Shown here one piece after another: positions 37,074-50,158 of a stretch of 64,000 nt of DNA. Source of the stretch: a bacterium (lineage in GTDB: Bacteria; UBA8248); contig CBDBZY010000041.1 of assembly GCA_965213685.1 (NCBI GenBank), positions 32,001 to 96,000 of the forward strand. The letters run 5' to 3'. Made by a program: the position numbers and the translations under genes. The stretch's first letter is position 1, and every line of letters starts with the position of its first letter. Below the pieces are notes generated by a model, which had not been told where the DNA came from, searched no databases, and saw only the letters and a program-made list of their open reading frames with translations.

Positions 37074-37284
37074 TAGTCACGTACGCGCGATGCGCGCGGA
37101 TGCCCCCAAAGATGGCGGATAGCAACGGTTGCTACGGACACACCCCCAAATTTACTTCCGGTGCAAGTCCTCTATTACTAAGCACTAGTCTTTACCCTCG
37201 CGTAGCCTAATCCCTTCGTATAAAAGGCATGCCGATTTATGTTGTCTAAGTTTGTACCCGTCCGCCATATATGTGACTGTACGG

Positions 37285-37812
37285 TTGTCAGTCTGATGTG
37301 TTGGACTTTGTGGCAGTGTGACTGTCTGTCTGATATGTTTGCCTTTGTTACTGTCAGTCTGATATGTTAGAGTATCAGTTGTGGCAGTGTGGCTGTGTGT
37401 TGGTCGGATACATTGTACATTGTATGTTTGGCTGTGCGGCTGTCAGTCTGACATGTTGGGCTTTGGTGGCCATGTGGCTGTCAGTCTGATATGTTGGGCT
37501 TTGGTGGCCATGTGGCTGTCAGTCTGATATGTTGGGCTTTGGTGGCCATGTGGCTGTCAGTCTGATATGTTGGGCTTTGGTGGCTGTGTGGTTGTCAGTC
37601 TGATATGTTAGGCTTTGGTGGCCATGTGGCTGTCAGTCTGATATATTGGGCTTTGGTGGCCGTGTGGCTATCAGTCTGATATGTTGGGCTTTGATGGCCG
37701 TGTGGCTATCAGTCTGATATGTTAGGCTTTGGTGGCCATGTGGCTATCAGTCTGATATGTTGGGCTTTGGTGGCCATGTGGCTGTCAGTCTGATATGTTG
37801 GGCCTTGTGGCT
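37285..37812. repeat. 38-bp minisatellite
   Basis: Unit GGCTGTCAGTCTGATATGTTGGGCTTTGGTGGCCATGT, about 10 clean copies from 37438 plus degenerate ones upstream. Confidence 0.95.
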
Positions 37813-38636
37813 GATGACCTTTCCTTAGAGTGAATTATATTCTGGTTGGTTCCATGGACTGTATTTTGTTATTAATTATGTGTATTTACACTAATAATAT
37901 CAGCTACATTTGTAAGTTTCAGAAAACACATATAGATCAACGCTAATATGAAAATATACAAAGAAGGCAGAAGGTAAAGTGATAGAGTACAAATCTCTGC
38001 TCCACACTGTGACCCATAACTGATGCCAGACTAATGATCTCACTTCCTCAACCTGCGGAATGTGAGTGCAAAATGCATTTGTATGGCTTATTGTCCTTTC
38101 TCCTTTCTTGTGACTTTTCCCTCATTTCTACAAGCTATTTTCATCCGTAATCTAGCTACCTGGATTTGTTCATTCCAATCTTTGTTCTTAATACTCTCAT
38201 ATGCAGGCTCCATGACACTGAACATATGAATAATACTTCAATTATAGCTGTCAAGGTAGCACATCTTTTGATGGGCAGCTCTCGACTTCATTGTGAACAA
38301 ATCCAGCTCTCATTGGTGTTGCATTCACATTTACTTTCTCACTCCTGTTTGATGAGCTGTTGGTAGTTTTCCTGTAGTGTAACTTTCCTTTTTCTTTTCT
38401 ATAGATTTACAGTATTATATACATTATGTGAATATAATAATTGTTATTATAATTGTTATAATCATGAGACATTACTTTCAATGACCATTGTGTAGTTATT
38501 ATTGCATGATGTTCACATAGGTATAGGTTACATATGGTACCATAGACATCAAAATTGGCAGTGACCCCCTTGTGGGTGCTAACTGAGGGAACGCCGACAG
38601 ACGAGTGCTGCAGAACCAGAGAACGAGGAGCGCACC

Positions 38637-39224
38637 ATGACTCACCGACCGGTAGTTCTACCAGACTCGTATTCTGGAGAAGCGGAGTTCTCTGAGTGGC
38701 ATGATCATTTTGAAAACGTCGCCGCAGTAAACAGGTGGGATGACGATGCTAAGCTGCTGTGGTTGAAGGTGCGACTGACAGGTCGAGCACAGAAGGCGTT
38801 CAAACGACTCCCGCAAGCGACGCAAGGAAACTACCAGCGCACCATGGAAGCACTGAAGGAAAGATTTGAACCTGGAAGCAAGCGTGAGCTGCACGTAGTA
38901 GAGTTCCACGCACGGAGGAAAGGTCGAACCGAAAGTTGGGCGGACTTTGCGGAGGACATTAAGACATTAGCGGACAAGGCCTACCCGGACTTGGAAGACG
39001 CAGCTCGAGAACGCTTGTCTTTAAATCGGTATCTGGAACAACTGGGAGATCCACAAGTAGCGTTTGGTGTGAAGCAAAGCAGACCGAAAAGCCTGGATGA
39101 AGCAGTTACGGCGACGCTGGAATTGGAATCGTATAAAGTCTCTGCACCGACTGCCTCTGTGTCGCAGGTCGCACCGGGCGATGGGGACGTGGAAGCTATC
39201 TCTGAGCCGACTACGCCAGTGTAG
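38637..39224 (+). pseudogene. Gypsy gag, 3'-truncated
   Basis: Capsid-like WHDHFENVAAVNRW...LTGRAQ...LKERF. Ends at an inverted LTR fragment. Confidence 0.8.
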
Positions 39225-39287
39225 CGCACTGAGTTGCACTAGGAGCGACGATCCTGACAACCTCCAAGTCAGACTCAAAGATCTCAA

Positions 39288-42200
39288 ATGCAAGTGGTGG
39301 CAAAGGCTCTGAATGAAGTTGTTCAAAATTGTCAAAACCTCAGTCCAGTAGAAAAGGAGCAACTTTACCAACTTTTGCTTGCTTATTCAGATATATTTGG
39401 CACACAGCAGTCTGATTTGGGGCGCACTGACTGCATCCGGCACAAGATTGACACAGGAAATGCTCCACCAATCAGACAGAGAACCAGAAGACTAGCCCCT
39501 CATCAACACCAGGAAGCCAAGAAACTCGTTGAAGAGATGCTTCAAAAAGACGTGATCCAGCCATCCTCCAGTCCATGGGCAGCTCCAATTGTCCTCGTTC
39601 GGAAGAAAGATGGGTCAAGAAGATTCTGTGTTGATTACAGGAAGATAAATGCAATCACACGGAAGGATGCCTATCCAATACCACGGGTGGATGATGCACT
39701 GGACACTCTCAGTGGTTCACAATGGTTCACAACCCTAGACATGATCAGTGGCTACTGGCAAGTCGAAATGGATCCAGGCGATCGGGAGAAGACAGCTTTC
39801 TGCACACAAGAAGGATTATTTGAATTCAAGGTCATGCCCTTTGGCTTATGTAACGCACCAGCAACATTTCAACGCCTTATGGATGCCGTGCTGGCCGGAC
39901 TGCAATGGAAGACATGTTTAGTCTACCTGGATGACGTGGTGATTCCTGGAAGGGATTTTTTGGAGCACCTCTACAACATGAGAAGTGTGTTTGAACGCAT
40001 TAAACAGGCTGGGCTTAAACTACGCCTAAGCAAGTGCCAGTTCTGCCAAAAGAATGTCACCTTCCTTGGCCACATTGTTTCACCACAGGGAATAGCCACG
40101 GATCCCTCCAAGACAAGTAAAGTTGCAAATTGGCCTGCACCAACCTCCCAAAAAGAAGTACAGCAGTTCTTGGGATTGGCCGGCTACTATCGCCGATTTA
40201 TCAAAGACTTCGCAACAGTTGCTAAACCCCTACACCGACTCTCAGAGAAGACATGTCCATTCGTGTGGAGTGAAGAATGTCAGGTAGCTTTTGCGACACT
40301 CAGAAGGCTGTTGGTGACTTGTCCTGTGCTGGCTTTTCCTGACTACACCAAGCCATTCATCCTGGATACAGATGCCAGCGAACAAGGTATTGGGGCAGTT
40401 CTCTCCCAGGTACATGATGATGCTAAAGAGCATGTATAGTCGCATATGCCAGCCGTCTATTACGGAAACCTGAGACAAAGTATGGTGTTACCCGACGAGA
40501 ATTGCTGGCTGTTGTAGAATTCACGAAGCACTTTCGCCCTTACCTCTTGGGTATAGATCATTCACACTGCGTTCAGACCATGGTTCCCTGATCTGGCTTC
40601 AGAATTTTAAAAACCCAGACGGCCAGTTAGCCAGATGGCTTGAGCAGTTGGTGGAGTATGACTTCACCATTATACACCGAGCAGGAAGCAAACACGGAAA
40701 TGCAGACGCATTGTCACGGATACCCTGCCATCAGTGTGGAAGAGATAACCACTTTGAAGTGGTTGCAGTTGCTACCCCAACTGGTCAACGGCGAGAACAC
40801 CGAGACAAACACACTAGTGAGATGAGGAAGTTACAACTCTCAGACACAGTGATCGGGCCAATTCTGCAGGCAAAAGAAAAGGAACAGAAACCAAGCCTAG
40901 ATGATGTCAAGGTACAACCCCGTAGCACAAGTCGACTAGTGCAGCAATGGGACCAATTAGAGGTCAAAGGTGGCCTACTGTGGAGAGTAATGGAGAATGG
41001 AGGTGGTAATGAAGTACGGCAACTCATCGTTCCCCAAGGACTCAGAACTGAGGTTCTTCAGGAATTGCACTCAGGAGCAGTAGGAGGACACTTGGGAGAA
41101 GAAAAGACCTTGAAAAAACTCAAAGAGAGGTTTTACTGGCCAGGACATGCAAATGATGTGAAAAATTGGTGTCGAGCTTGTCCATCATGTTCAACAAGAA
41201 AAACACCTGCACCTAAGCAACGAGCACCCCTAGGAAGCCTTCAGGCTAGATACCCAATGCAAATTGTATCTGTGGACATTCTGGGGCCCCTACCAATGAC
41301 AGAGACTGGAAACTCTTATATCCTCGTGGTGGGTGACCATTTCACAAAATGGATGGAAGCTTACTCAATTCCAAATCAAGAAGCGAAGACGGTGGCTAAC
41401 AAGCTCATTGATGAATTCTTCTGCCGGTATTCCACACCTGAACAGCTACATTCTGATCAAGGAGCCCAATTTCAATCCAACCTTGTTGCTGAAGTTTGCA
41501 GGATTCTGAAGATTGGGAAATCACGAACAACACCCTACCACCCACAGTGTGATGGTGTAGTGGAACGATTTAATAGAACGCTCTTGGACATGCTGGCAAC
41601 TACCACAGGGAACCATCCTCATGACCGGGAAATACACTTGAGAAAGGTCTGCTTGGCATACAATACCAGTGTGCATTCAACAACAGGCTACTCACCATTT
41701 TACCTCATGTTTGGCCGCCAAGCTAGACTCCCAATTGACATTATGTGTGGCACTACCAAACCCTCAACCAATACAACTTATGGAGACTTTGCAAGCAGAA
41801 TGCAACACACTTTGGAAGAAGCTTATGACACAGCACGTGGTCGCACAAAAGCAAAACATGAACGCCAGAAGGAGATCTATAACAGCAAGTGCCATGGTAA
41901 ACCATTTGAGACAAATGACTTAGTTTGGCTTTATTGTCCTGCAGTTCCAAGGAACAAAGCCAAGAAATTTCATCATCCATGGACCGGACCGTGGAGAGTG
42001 ATAAAACGCCTCTCAGATGCAGTTTATCGCATACAAAGACTCACAGGGCATCGTAAGAGAACTGTTGTGCACTTTGACAGATTGAAGCGATGCCATCCAC
42101 ACTACATAAAGGAGACTCCTGAACAGTCTCAGCGTCTACCACAAACCCAAACAGGCACACCCACTACCCAGCCTGGCCAAAATCTACAGTTAGTGGATGG

Positions 42201-42324
42201 CATCTCAGATGGAGAAGACAGTGAAGTTTCAAGAACATCTCAGCAAGTGGCTAATCCAGGAGCTGCCACACAAAGTGCACAAACTGGAACACAATCACCC
42301 CGCTATCCGACGAGAAACAGATGA
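39288..42324 (+). pseudogene. Gypsy pol (RT, RNase H, integrase) with two 2-bp frameshifts
   Basis: RT MPFGLCNAPATF and YLDD; RNase H LDTDAS; integrase HHCC and LHSDQG...VERFNRTL. TA insertions at ~40435 and ~40552. Confidence 0.92.
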
Positions 42325-43305
42325 CCTCCAGACTGGTATGCTACAGTAATATCGCACTAACTGCTTACATTGGAATCCGAGACGTATTCCTTCAGGAGAG
42401 GGAGTAATGTGACAATGTCATTGTGGCTGTCCTTATGACTCATAGTGTATGGAACAATGGCAAGTGAATGACCTGATAAATCTATTACATATCTATTGTG
42501 TCATATCACTATCATCATGTTGTTTACTCTTGTATCATGCACCTCTTTGTCTGTGTGGCTATATAAGCCAAGACTGTACTGTACTCTGGGCGGCTGTACT
42601 GATGAGATTTCTCTCTTGCCACTGCTCCGAAGGATCGTCGCTCCTAGTGCAACTCAGTGCGCTACACTAAGATGACCACAGGTGCTGCATGCCTGGACAC
42701 CTGGCATGTTAATGTAACACCCCAGGTATGGGTGTCACAGTGTTGCTGTAACCACCAGGGTGTTCCAAAAGCACTCCTAGCTTTGACACCTGAAATCAAG
42801 GTGCTGAGACAGCACAAGGGGTGCTCCATTAGCACCCTATCGGTGTTATCTTGACAATGGAGTGTTGTGGAAACACTTAGGTGTCTGCATGACACACAGA
42901 AATTTGACACCCCGGTGCTTTGATAACACCCCATTTTTTTTACAGTGTATCGGCTGACTTACACTCCTAGCATCCCACAACATTTTTGGCATAAGTATGT
43001 CAAACGAAATGCTTAAAGGTGAAGGCTGACTATGTATAGTAGCGAAGCCCCCCATACGCACACCTGACGACCGCAAATGTAGTCGCGTCCGTCGGTCACG
43101 GTATAAAAGGCCCCTGCCCAGGGCACAACCTTTGACCCCTCTTGCACATGGCGGACCGATTCAAAATAGCGAGCAGCAACCAGCGCACTATCCACGTCCA
43201 CCACGGCACCTTACCCTTCGCTATGTACCGCTTTTAGCGCGAATAACGTTCATTCCGCGCGTCTTCGAGCGTTTGTCTGGTCGAAATAGCCCTGAACAGT
43301 TTGCC

Positions 43306-43870
43306 ATGGCAGAATGACATGAGAGAAGCACTGAAGAGGGGAAGCCTGGGATCCAGGTACACAAATAAGTGAATATAGGTACATACAGAAAGATAAAAGT
43401 ACACTGCTACATAGGTACAGGTGCACTATGGTGGTCGTCAGCCTCCTCAGGCCTTTGTAGCTAGGCTGAATAGATTCCTCCAGGAGTCCAGGCCAGTGAG
43501 GCTTTGTCTGTCGATCAAGTGGATGGACGATGAGTGTGTGTGTCCACCACCGAAAAGGAGATGCACATGTATGCAGGAGGTAAACAACTTGACCCTGTAG
43601 CGGCAAGTGAACATGCTTGCACTTACAATTCTTACATTTACATATGCAGACAGATACATAAGGGGGATCACCCCGTTCTGGGTCAACCCACTGACAAACC
43701 CCACTGTCCTCACTGTCTGTGCACACTGTGTGTGGTGGCACAGCCCCCAGACTTTCTGGTTGGCAGTTCAGCTGCCAGTTTCAACAATGTATCCAAGCGA
43801 TACAGCCTGTACAGAAAGTTCTGGGCATTACTATGGCAGTTGGGCGTGTGGGAGCACCCAACATATACTT
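43306..43870 (+). pseudogene. Three-exon remnant of a small Cys-rich protein (CxxCxC...RYSLYRKFW), possibly P2X7-tail/KolX-like transposon cargo
   Basis: Spliceable exons at ~43306-43356, ~43415-43579 and ~43654-43870. Early stop at codon 4 and truncated 3' end. The family assignment is from memory of the motif only. Confidence 0.35.
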
Positions 43871-43899
43871 GGAATAAAACAAAACAACACCACACACCA

Positions 43900-46860
43900 A
43901 GTATACCTCACCATCATTTGCATAACTGGCTTTCACTCCTCCACTGCAGCTTCCATAGCAAGTGTAATACATGCTTTCACAACATCTGTGTAGTGCTGCT
44001 TCTTGTACACTACAAATGTGTATATGAACACAGCAAACTAGAACGTTCATGTCTTACACCTAAGAGTAGATCTCTTGACATAGGACAAGAGGAGAAAGGT
44101 TGCAAAGGCATCCACTAGTGCATGAGCTTCTAATGTTCCACTGCCTTTGAAAGTGAATGCAGCACCTGAGGAAGGGCCTCCACAGCCACACCACAGTTGT
44201 AATTGTGGAGGGTGATGAGTGTGTACATGAGAATGATGAAGACAAGAGGGTAGACTGCTGTGATGTAGTCCAGAGAGAGTATCCGCAGCATTGTGGCATT
44301 TGGATGCAGGCAAGATGGAGGATAAACCAAAGTCAAGGTTCCATATGCTCAGATGGGCAATCAAAATATTGGCAGATATTGTACTGAAATTGTGCTAATA
44401 GTGGTGTATGTACCATGCCTCACTAATACATCAAGGTACAGGAGGTGAAGCAACAATCTGACAAAAACAAAAATTAATGATAAGGAAGCTAGTATGTAAC
44501 CACATTAAGTGCACTAGAGCTCTGGCCATGTTTGCATTAAAACCTGACCAACCACAGGGGCTGGTGATTGGCTGGAAGGAACAAGCATATCCAGACATCC
44601 AGCTGTTCTTAACCCACTACATAACATTGTTGCCTTTGTTCAATATACCATTTTCATTGTTTTGACCAATATAGTGAAAGGAGACTCAGTCAAGAAACAG
44701 GTTAATGGTGAATGTCCTGTGTCATTCCTGGTGAAACATGGACTCTGTTTACCCAACATCTGCTTTTTAACAGGATGGTGTTGTAGCAACTAGCTGCCAA
44801 ACTTACCTCTTCTCTTTCTCTAAAGCAAGCATAGAATTGAAATTCTGCCTCCAAAGCTCACAACAACAAAAGAAGCCCTCTCAATATTATCTAATACTTC
44901 GAAGTCTTTAAAAGCCTCTCCTATATATAATGTGGACCTGAGCTTAACCATGCACTATTCCCTACTGCTATCCTTGTAAACAGGACACTCCCATAAAACC
45001 TGCACAACACTCTCACACTCATCGCCACATAAAACACACCCAATCCTGCCATTCCTTCCCTTATGCCTACCTAACTCCTCATTCAAACCATGTGTTCCTG
45101 ACCTAAATTTAAACAAGAGTCTAATTCTGGCATCACTAACCCCATGAAGATACCTCTTGAACTCTACTTCCTTACCAAATGTTTCATACAACTCTAACTT
45201 AGCTATCCAATCCTTCCACATACTCCTTACTTTCCTTATTATTTACACATTCATTCACATTCGACAATAACAGGCTTAATGGACATTACCCCTTCCTAAC
45301 AATTCTCCCTTATGCAATCCTAGCACATCTACATACATATTTCAAGGCTTCCTCTGTTTTCCTCTATACGTGGTTTCACCTTGGACACCTCCTTACTGGC
45401 ATAGATGCTAGTTTATACCACCATTTGTCTCTACAACTCTTCAAGGTTCTAAACCCATGTCCCCTCTAACTGCCTCATTATACAGGTCCTAGAAGAGCAT
45501 CCAAGAATTGTTTTGCTCTCCCCAAGAGAATAGATTCTAAGGCACTTGCCTGACATTTATTGCACTCCCAACCTTCACTATATTATATATACTCTATAGA
45601 TAGATGCTAGGTCTAAGGACTGACAGAAACAAAAGTCTTCGGGCACTCACATTTCTATTCCTATTACTAGTAATACTGTGAATAGAGATAAAGAAGTACT
45701 TTCTAAGAGATTTGACAAGAGAGCCATTTAGAAATTATTATTCCACAAAGGTGGCATTAACGTATGAACAGCTGTCACTGTAGAGAGGCTATATAGCGAT
45801 TATGATGTCCTCCATCTGGACACCAACTGCTTTCACATTAGTGTACATGCAGATAAACACAATCATGCACATACACAAAAACATACACAAAAGCACTATT
45901 GCACACACAGTGAGCAGTATAGTAAGTATGTCCTTTCAACTTCCTCCTCACACTTGTTTGATGGAAAATTGCTGCCATCAATAATGCTGCATTCACTGTT
46001 TGAACATCCAGTGCCCAATCTCTGCACCACAAAGGAGGTTCCTATGGGCTCTCCATGCAGTATCCTCGTGAACATGTGCAACTGATCTCACAGATAAAAA
46101 GCCTTTTCTGATTCTCCCCATGTATCCAATGTCTCAATGCATACAGGAGAGAAAACATACTATTAATTTTATGAGGAAGTGAGGGAGGCACACATTTCTC
46201 TGCTTGAGATCTTCTACTCCACAGGCCACCATTGCAACTCCCCTACTACGCAGCAAATATATTTGTTGGTTTGACAATGATGCTTGTTATGTGGGACTCA
46301 TTGGAAGTTTGGATTTCATTCACCATAAATACCTTTTGTGCTGTCAGATCTGTATATATATATATATATATTACTCAGTTACAACATACAGGGACGTTCT
46401 TGTGCTTCAGGCTGCAACCATACAGTGAATGACCCTGGAACAAGGAAAGGGTACACTCTACTAGTAGTCTAATAATCTATAGGAATCTGTCTGCCCCAGA
46501 TACACACTCTGTTACACAGAATGATTGTTACATGCATTTCTCCTCCTTCTGGCTGCCCTACATTGCAAACAGAAGCACTACTTGTACTCTGGTCTCAACG
46601 GGCAGTATCTCATATGACAATCATGCATTGTTAAAGCAACAGATCCCTTTTGCTGTGCAGTCACAGTGGGATGAAATGAAGAGTGTTAGCAGTTTTAGCT
46701 AAATTGTGGACTGACAAAAGAATTTACAGCTATGTTGCAATGTGAACCTACAGACAAAGTTATTCACTCTTTAATGTAGTTACTGTTGCACCTGTGTACT
46801 GTGCTGATGGTTAGTTTGATATCTGGGGTCACCCCAGAGTACTGAAAACAACCTGGAGAG
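43900..46860 (-). pseudogene. Decayed multi-pass membrane protein of a sponge-expanded family, interrupted by a LINE
   Basis: Frameshifted motifs LSIWNLDF, LDYITAVYPLVFIILMY, WLWRPF and LVDAFATFLLLSYVK. A related decayed segment lies at ~26880-26980. Confidence 0.5.
44790..45680 (-). mobile_element. 5'-truncated non-LTR retrotransposon, 3' end
   Basis: C-terminal Zn-finger-like LLFKFRSGTHGLNEELGRH...CVLCGDECESVVQVLWECPVY. Confidence 0.7.
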
Positions 46861-46883
46861 AATGGCATGCAACCACCTCTCTC

Positions 46884-46994
<111 letters not shown>

Positions 46995-47578
46995 AGTGTG
47001 ACTTTAAATAACATAGCACACTGTGAAATAAAGAATTTGTTGCGTTAAAATTTATTTAATCATGTGAGGCATTGGACACAACTGCATCCTGCAGATGTGT
47101 GGCGTGTTCATGTTGAAGCTATAGCACAACTAGACCTTACGGGACCTTTTGCCAAAACGTGGAATTGAATAACTTTGTGGCACGTGATCAGTAACCGTTA
47201 GCTGAGCAAAGTCCTGAGACTGGTCCTGAGACTATACTGCAGGCAACCCTAGGACGAAATACATGAAAGCTTGTGCTCTAAAATATGGTAAAGTGTATGA
47301 CTACACAATCCCCAGCTTCTCCATGATCAATTACCGCTTAGATCTATACATGAGAAGGTCTAGCCATTGACTAAGCCATTTAGCAATTCAGTTTGTTTAA
47401 CTCTTGGGGCTCGAAAGTCAAACATGTCGTAAAAGGCCTAAACTTTGTTCTGATACTTGTTTAAAGCGAAGATCGTCGGGGCTCGCAGGTGCAAAAACAG
47501 CAAATTATTCTATGGTGGTTTAGTACAGTAAGCATGGATGACGTAATCCCGAATGGAAAAAGGTCACGTAAAGGTTAA

Positions 47579-48162
47579 GGGTGGTCAGACATTATGAATA
47601 TTAATGAGGCATGTGGTTGCTATGCTATTATATCTCGCAAAGTACAGTGCCTACCAATGTCGCGTTTGGGCCCTTATAGACACTGCAGACACTGCAACTC
47701 GTATACCAAGTTTCACAGCTCCAGCTTACCTAGTCACCGATAGTTACGGCGGTAAAATCTTGGACTCCTTCTCTATAAAACTTCTTAACCGATTTACCTA
47801 CCTCCCTGAAACTCAGGTACCAGGGCTATTCGAGCAAGCGCTAGCCATTAACGTGGCCGTTTTCACCGTATCTAGTACGCAAGCACGGGTTTTTGAACGT
47901 TTCTCGAATTTGGAGCGTTCAATTCGGAAAAACTCCACGTTACGGTCTGCGGTACCTGCCCACGATGACGCCAACGGAAGGTCGTCCCAATCAGGAAAAG
48001 CGCTACGGAGTTTTACAGAGTTATGCACGCTGCATACTTTAGACGAGCCAGATCTACTACGCTAATGCGAGCAGCTTTGCATATGGCTTCTACTAATTAA
48101 CCACGAAGCCCAGATCTGCGCATTCCTTTAGAGCCGCACAGTATCCATGTCCCCGACCACCC
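47579..48162 (+). mobile_element. Kolobok-type MITE, copy 2
   Basis: TTAA TSD at 47575-47578 and 48163-48166. Inverted near-identical copy of 29149-29731. Confidence 0.85.
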
Positions 48163-48487
48163 TTAACCGTGTCGACCCTGACCTCTGGAACGAGGCTATA
48201 TACCTCACGAAAAAACAGCAAATTATTCTATTGTGAGTACAGTAAGCATGGATGACGTAATCCCTAATTGAAAAGGTCACGTAAAGGTTAATCTTGTCTG
48301 GAACGAGGCTACCTCACGACATACTCCTAGCGGCCTTTGGCCATTGCGTAATCTTTTCCGTTCTAGTATAAAGAAACGAAATTTTTGAGAGTCGCCAATA
48401 TTAAAAACTTTACGGTACTCCACTACCCTCGTACGCGGACGGCTATTCCACCGCCAAAGGGTCGAGGCTAGGTATTCCACGATCCAC

Positions 48488-49357
48488 ATGGCGTACTGCA
48501 GAGTAGACTTTAGCGATCTGGTAGATCTGCGTGAGAGACTGAAGCCAGAATTGCCTAGAGCCGGTTCATTGTGCACTTCCGTCAGGAACGTGATCGAAGG
48601 ACGAGTGGAGGGCCATTTCTACACGGACGGATGGCCAGAGTTCACCACGGTCGTATTCCAGTGCCTCCAGCCCAGACTCTCTGATGAATGTGACCTCCAC
48701 TGCTACACTACCTCCAAACAACGGCTACCCTCTCTCCTGGAGCAGGCTCACCTCGTGACCAGCGGTCAGTGGCAGTACGTGGAAATTGTGGAGGATGATG
48801 CTAACACAGTAACCGATTACTTGGTCCAAAACCTCCAACTTGATGGAAAAGCCAAATTGCTCCCAACCATTGATTACTCAGTAACGGAATATAGAATGTA
48901 TGCCTTGCTAGAACAGCTCCCAACTACCAATACTGAGTGTCCTGAGGGTTACATCCTTGGGAGACTGACAGTTGAACACAGTACATTTCTGTCATTTCAA
49001 GGAGGTCAATGGGTTAACTCCCTGGGAAGGCCTCCTAGTGTGGTAAAGGAGTATTATAAACAATGCATCCAGAGGTTTCCTAGTGCTGCTGCCTACTGTG
49101 ATTCTGATCCTTCCACACTAGTCGCCTGGCAGATGCAACATGCCCACAATGGTGCATTGGGAAACCTCTTCACTGTTGAAGGACATCGAAGGAAAGGGTT
49201 GGCTACTGCTGTCAAGCATGAAGTATGTCAGATGATCTTGGCTCGGGGTGATACTCCAATATCATCAGTACATCCATCATCAGTTCCAAATATCAAAGTG
49301 CATGGCAAACTAGGCTTCAAACATGTTGGCATTGTTAAGGACCTGTACCTGCATTAA
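48488..49357 (+). CDS. Intronless GNAT acyltransferase, short N-terminus (289 aa)
   Basis: Motif A LFTVEGHRRKGLATAV and KLGF. Paralog of the 17484 and 54081 genes. Confidence 0.88.
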   Translation: MAYCRVDFSDLVDLRERLKPELPRAGSLCTSVRNVIEGRVEGHFYTDGWPEFTTVVFQCLQPRLSDECDLHCYTTSKQRLPSLLEQAHLVTSGQWQYVEIVEDDANTVTDYLVQNLQLDGKAKLLPTIDYSVTEYRMYALLEQLPTTNTECPEGYILGRLTVEHSTFLSFQGGQWVNSLGRPPSVVKEYYKQCIQRFPSAAAYCDSDPSTLVAWQMQHAHNGALGNLFTVEGHRRKGLATAVKHEVCQMILARGDTPISSVHPSSVPNIKVHGKLGFKHVGIVKDLYLH

Positions 49358-50158
49358 CTGTAATATCATACAGGTTGGCCTATGTACACATGTAGTCTGT
49401 CTATGTAATAATTGTATGTGTACATGCAGTATGCACGTATATAAGTCCATAAGTATTGGCGACACATTTGTACGTGGGCACATGTTTGTACAGATAATTT
49501 TGAGAGAAGCCATACACAGCTACAGCTCTACTAGCGATCGCCCTAGTAATGAAATTGCTCTTCTCAATGCCATGTCTAAATATTATCCACGATAGGCAAA
49601 TTAGCTAAATTAGCACATGCGGATATTTGTTTGCGCACCAATGGATCTTACTTTTATGACACTAGGCTAGTTGGTAGCGTCGATACATATGGAATAACCG
49701 TACTTAGGCTAGAAACCTTTTGATGCCGAAATCGACAGTTCATAGAGCCTTGCGTGAGTGCCGTTACAGCTCGCCCGCATTACGCATGTACATTGAAGCG
49801 GTATTGCTCGGGCAGCGCATAACGGAGAAAGTCTTAGGACTTACAGTCGAGTTACGTCTCCTACGTCTCTAACGAATATTTCTAAGCATTCAGAACAAAA
49901 ATCAACCTTCGTGCCCCAGAGCAAAGGTAGAAACGCATGCTAAAATCGATTAAAAATGCTGAGTCGGCAGTTTCGAACGGCAAGTTGCCGCTTCCTTTGT
50001 AGCGCCTCTGTGCGTTGTATGACGCTACCACGCGATACACGCGTTATTTGATCTTTCTGCTATCATGTATACCAGCTCACCACAATAGAATATTTGTGGC
50101 CAGCAATATAAAATCGTGCCAAATGGCTCACTTACCGGATAAAGGGGATATGCATGCG

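Larger units (their letters stand above)
32952..37173. mobile_element. ISL2EU (PIF/Harbinger-related, PHIS) transposon, 4.2 kb
   Basis: TIR AGAGGACTTGCAC and AT TSD (32950-32951, 37174-37175). Convergent THAP-DDE and YqaJ genes are characteristic of ISL2EU. Confidence 0.9.
38550..42666 (+). mobile_element. Ty3/gypsy LTR retrotransposon, defective (no matching 5' LTR, protease region deleted)
   Basis: gag-RT-RNaseH-integrase order. PPT AGGAGAGGGAG followed by a 3' LTR at 42408-42666 (TGTGAC...GCTACA). Confidence 0.9.

Noticed and set aside
37285-37812. 38-bp repeat array as a CRISPR array
   Set aside because: Units are contiguous with no unique spacers, there are no cas genes, and the context is eukaryotic. 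It is a minisatellite.
38290-38555. 5' LTR of the gypsy element
   Set aside because: No similarity to the 3' LTR at 42408-42666, so no TSD can be assigned either.
47604-48065. 153-aa ORF conserved in both Kolobok MITE copies (also 29245-29706)
   Set aside because: Conservation is explained by recent copy identity. It has no recognisable motif and starts right beside the TIR.
49528-50002. Helitron/Helentron-like element
   Set aside because: CpG-rich with a possible terminal stem-loop, but there is no second copy in the window and the ends cannot be defined.
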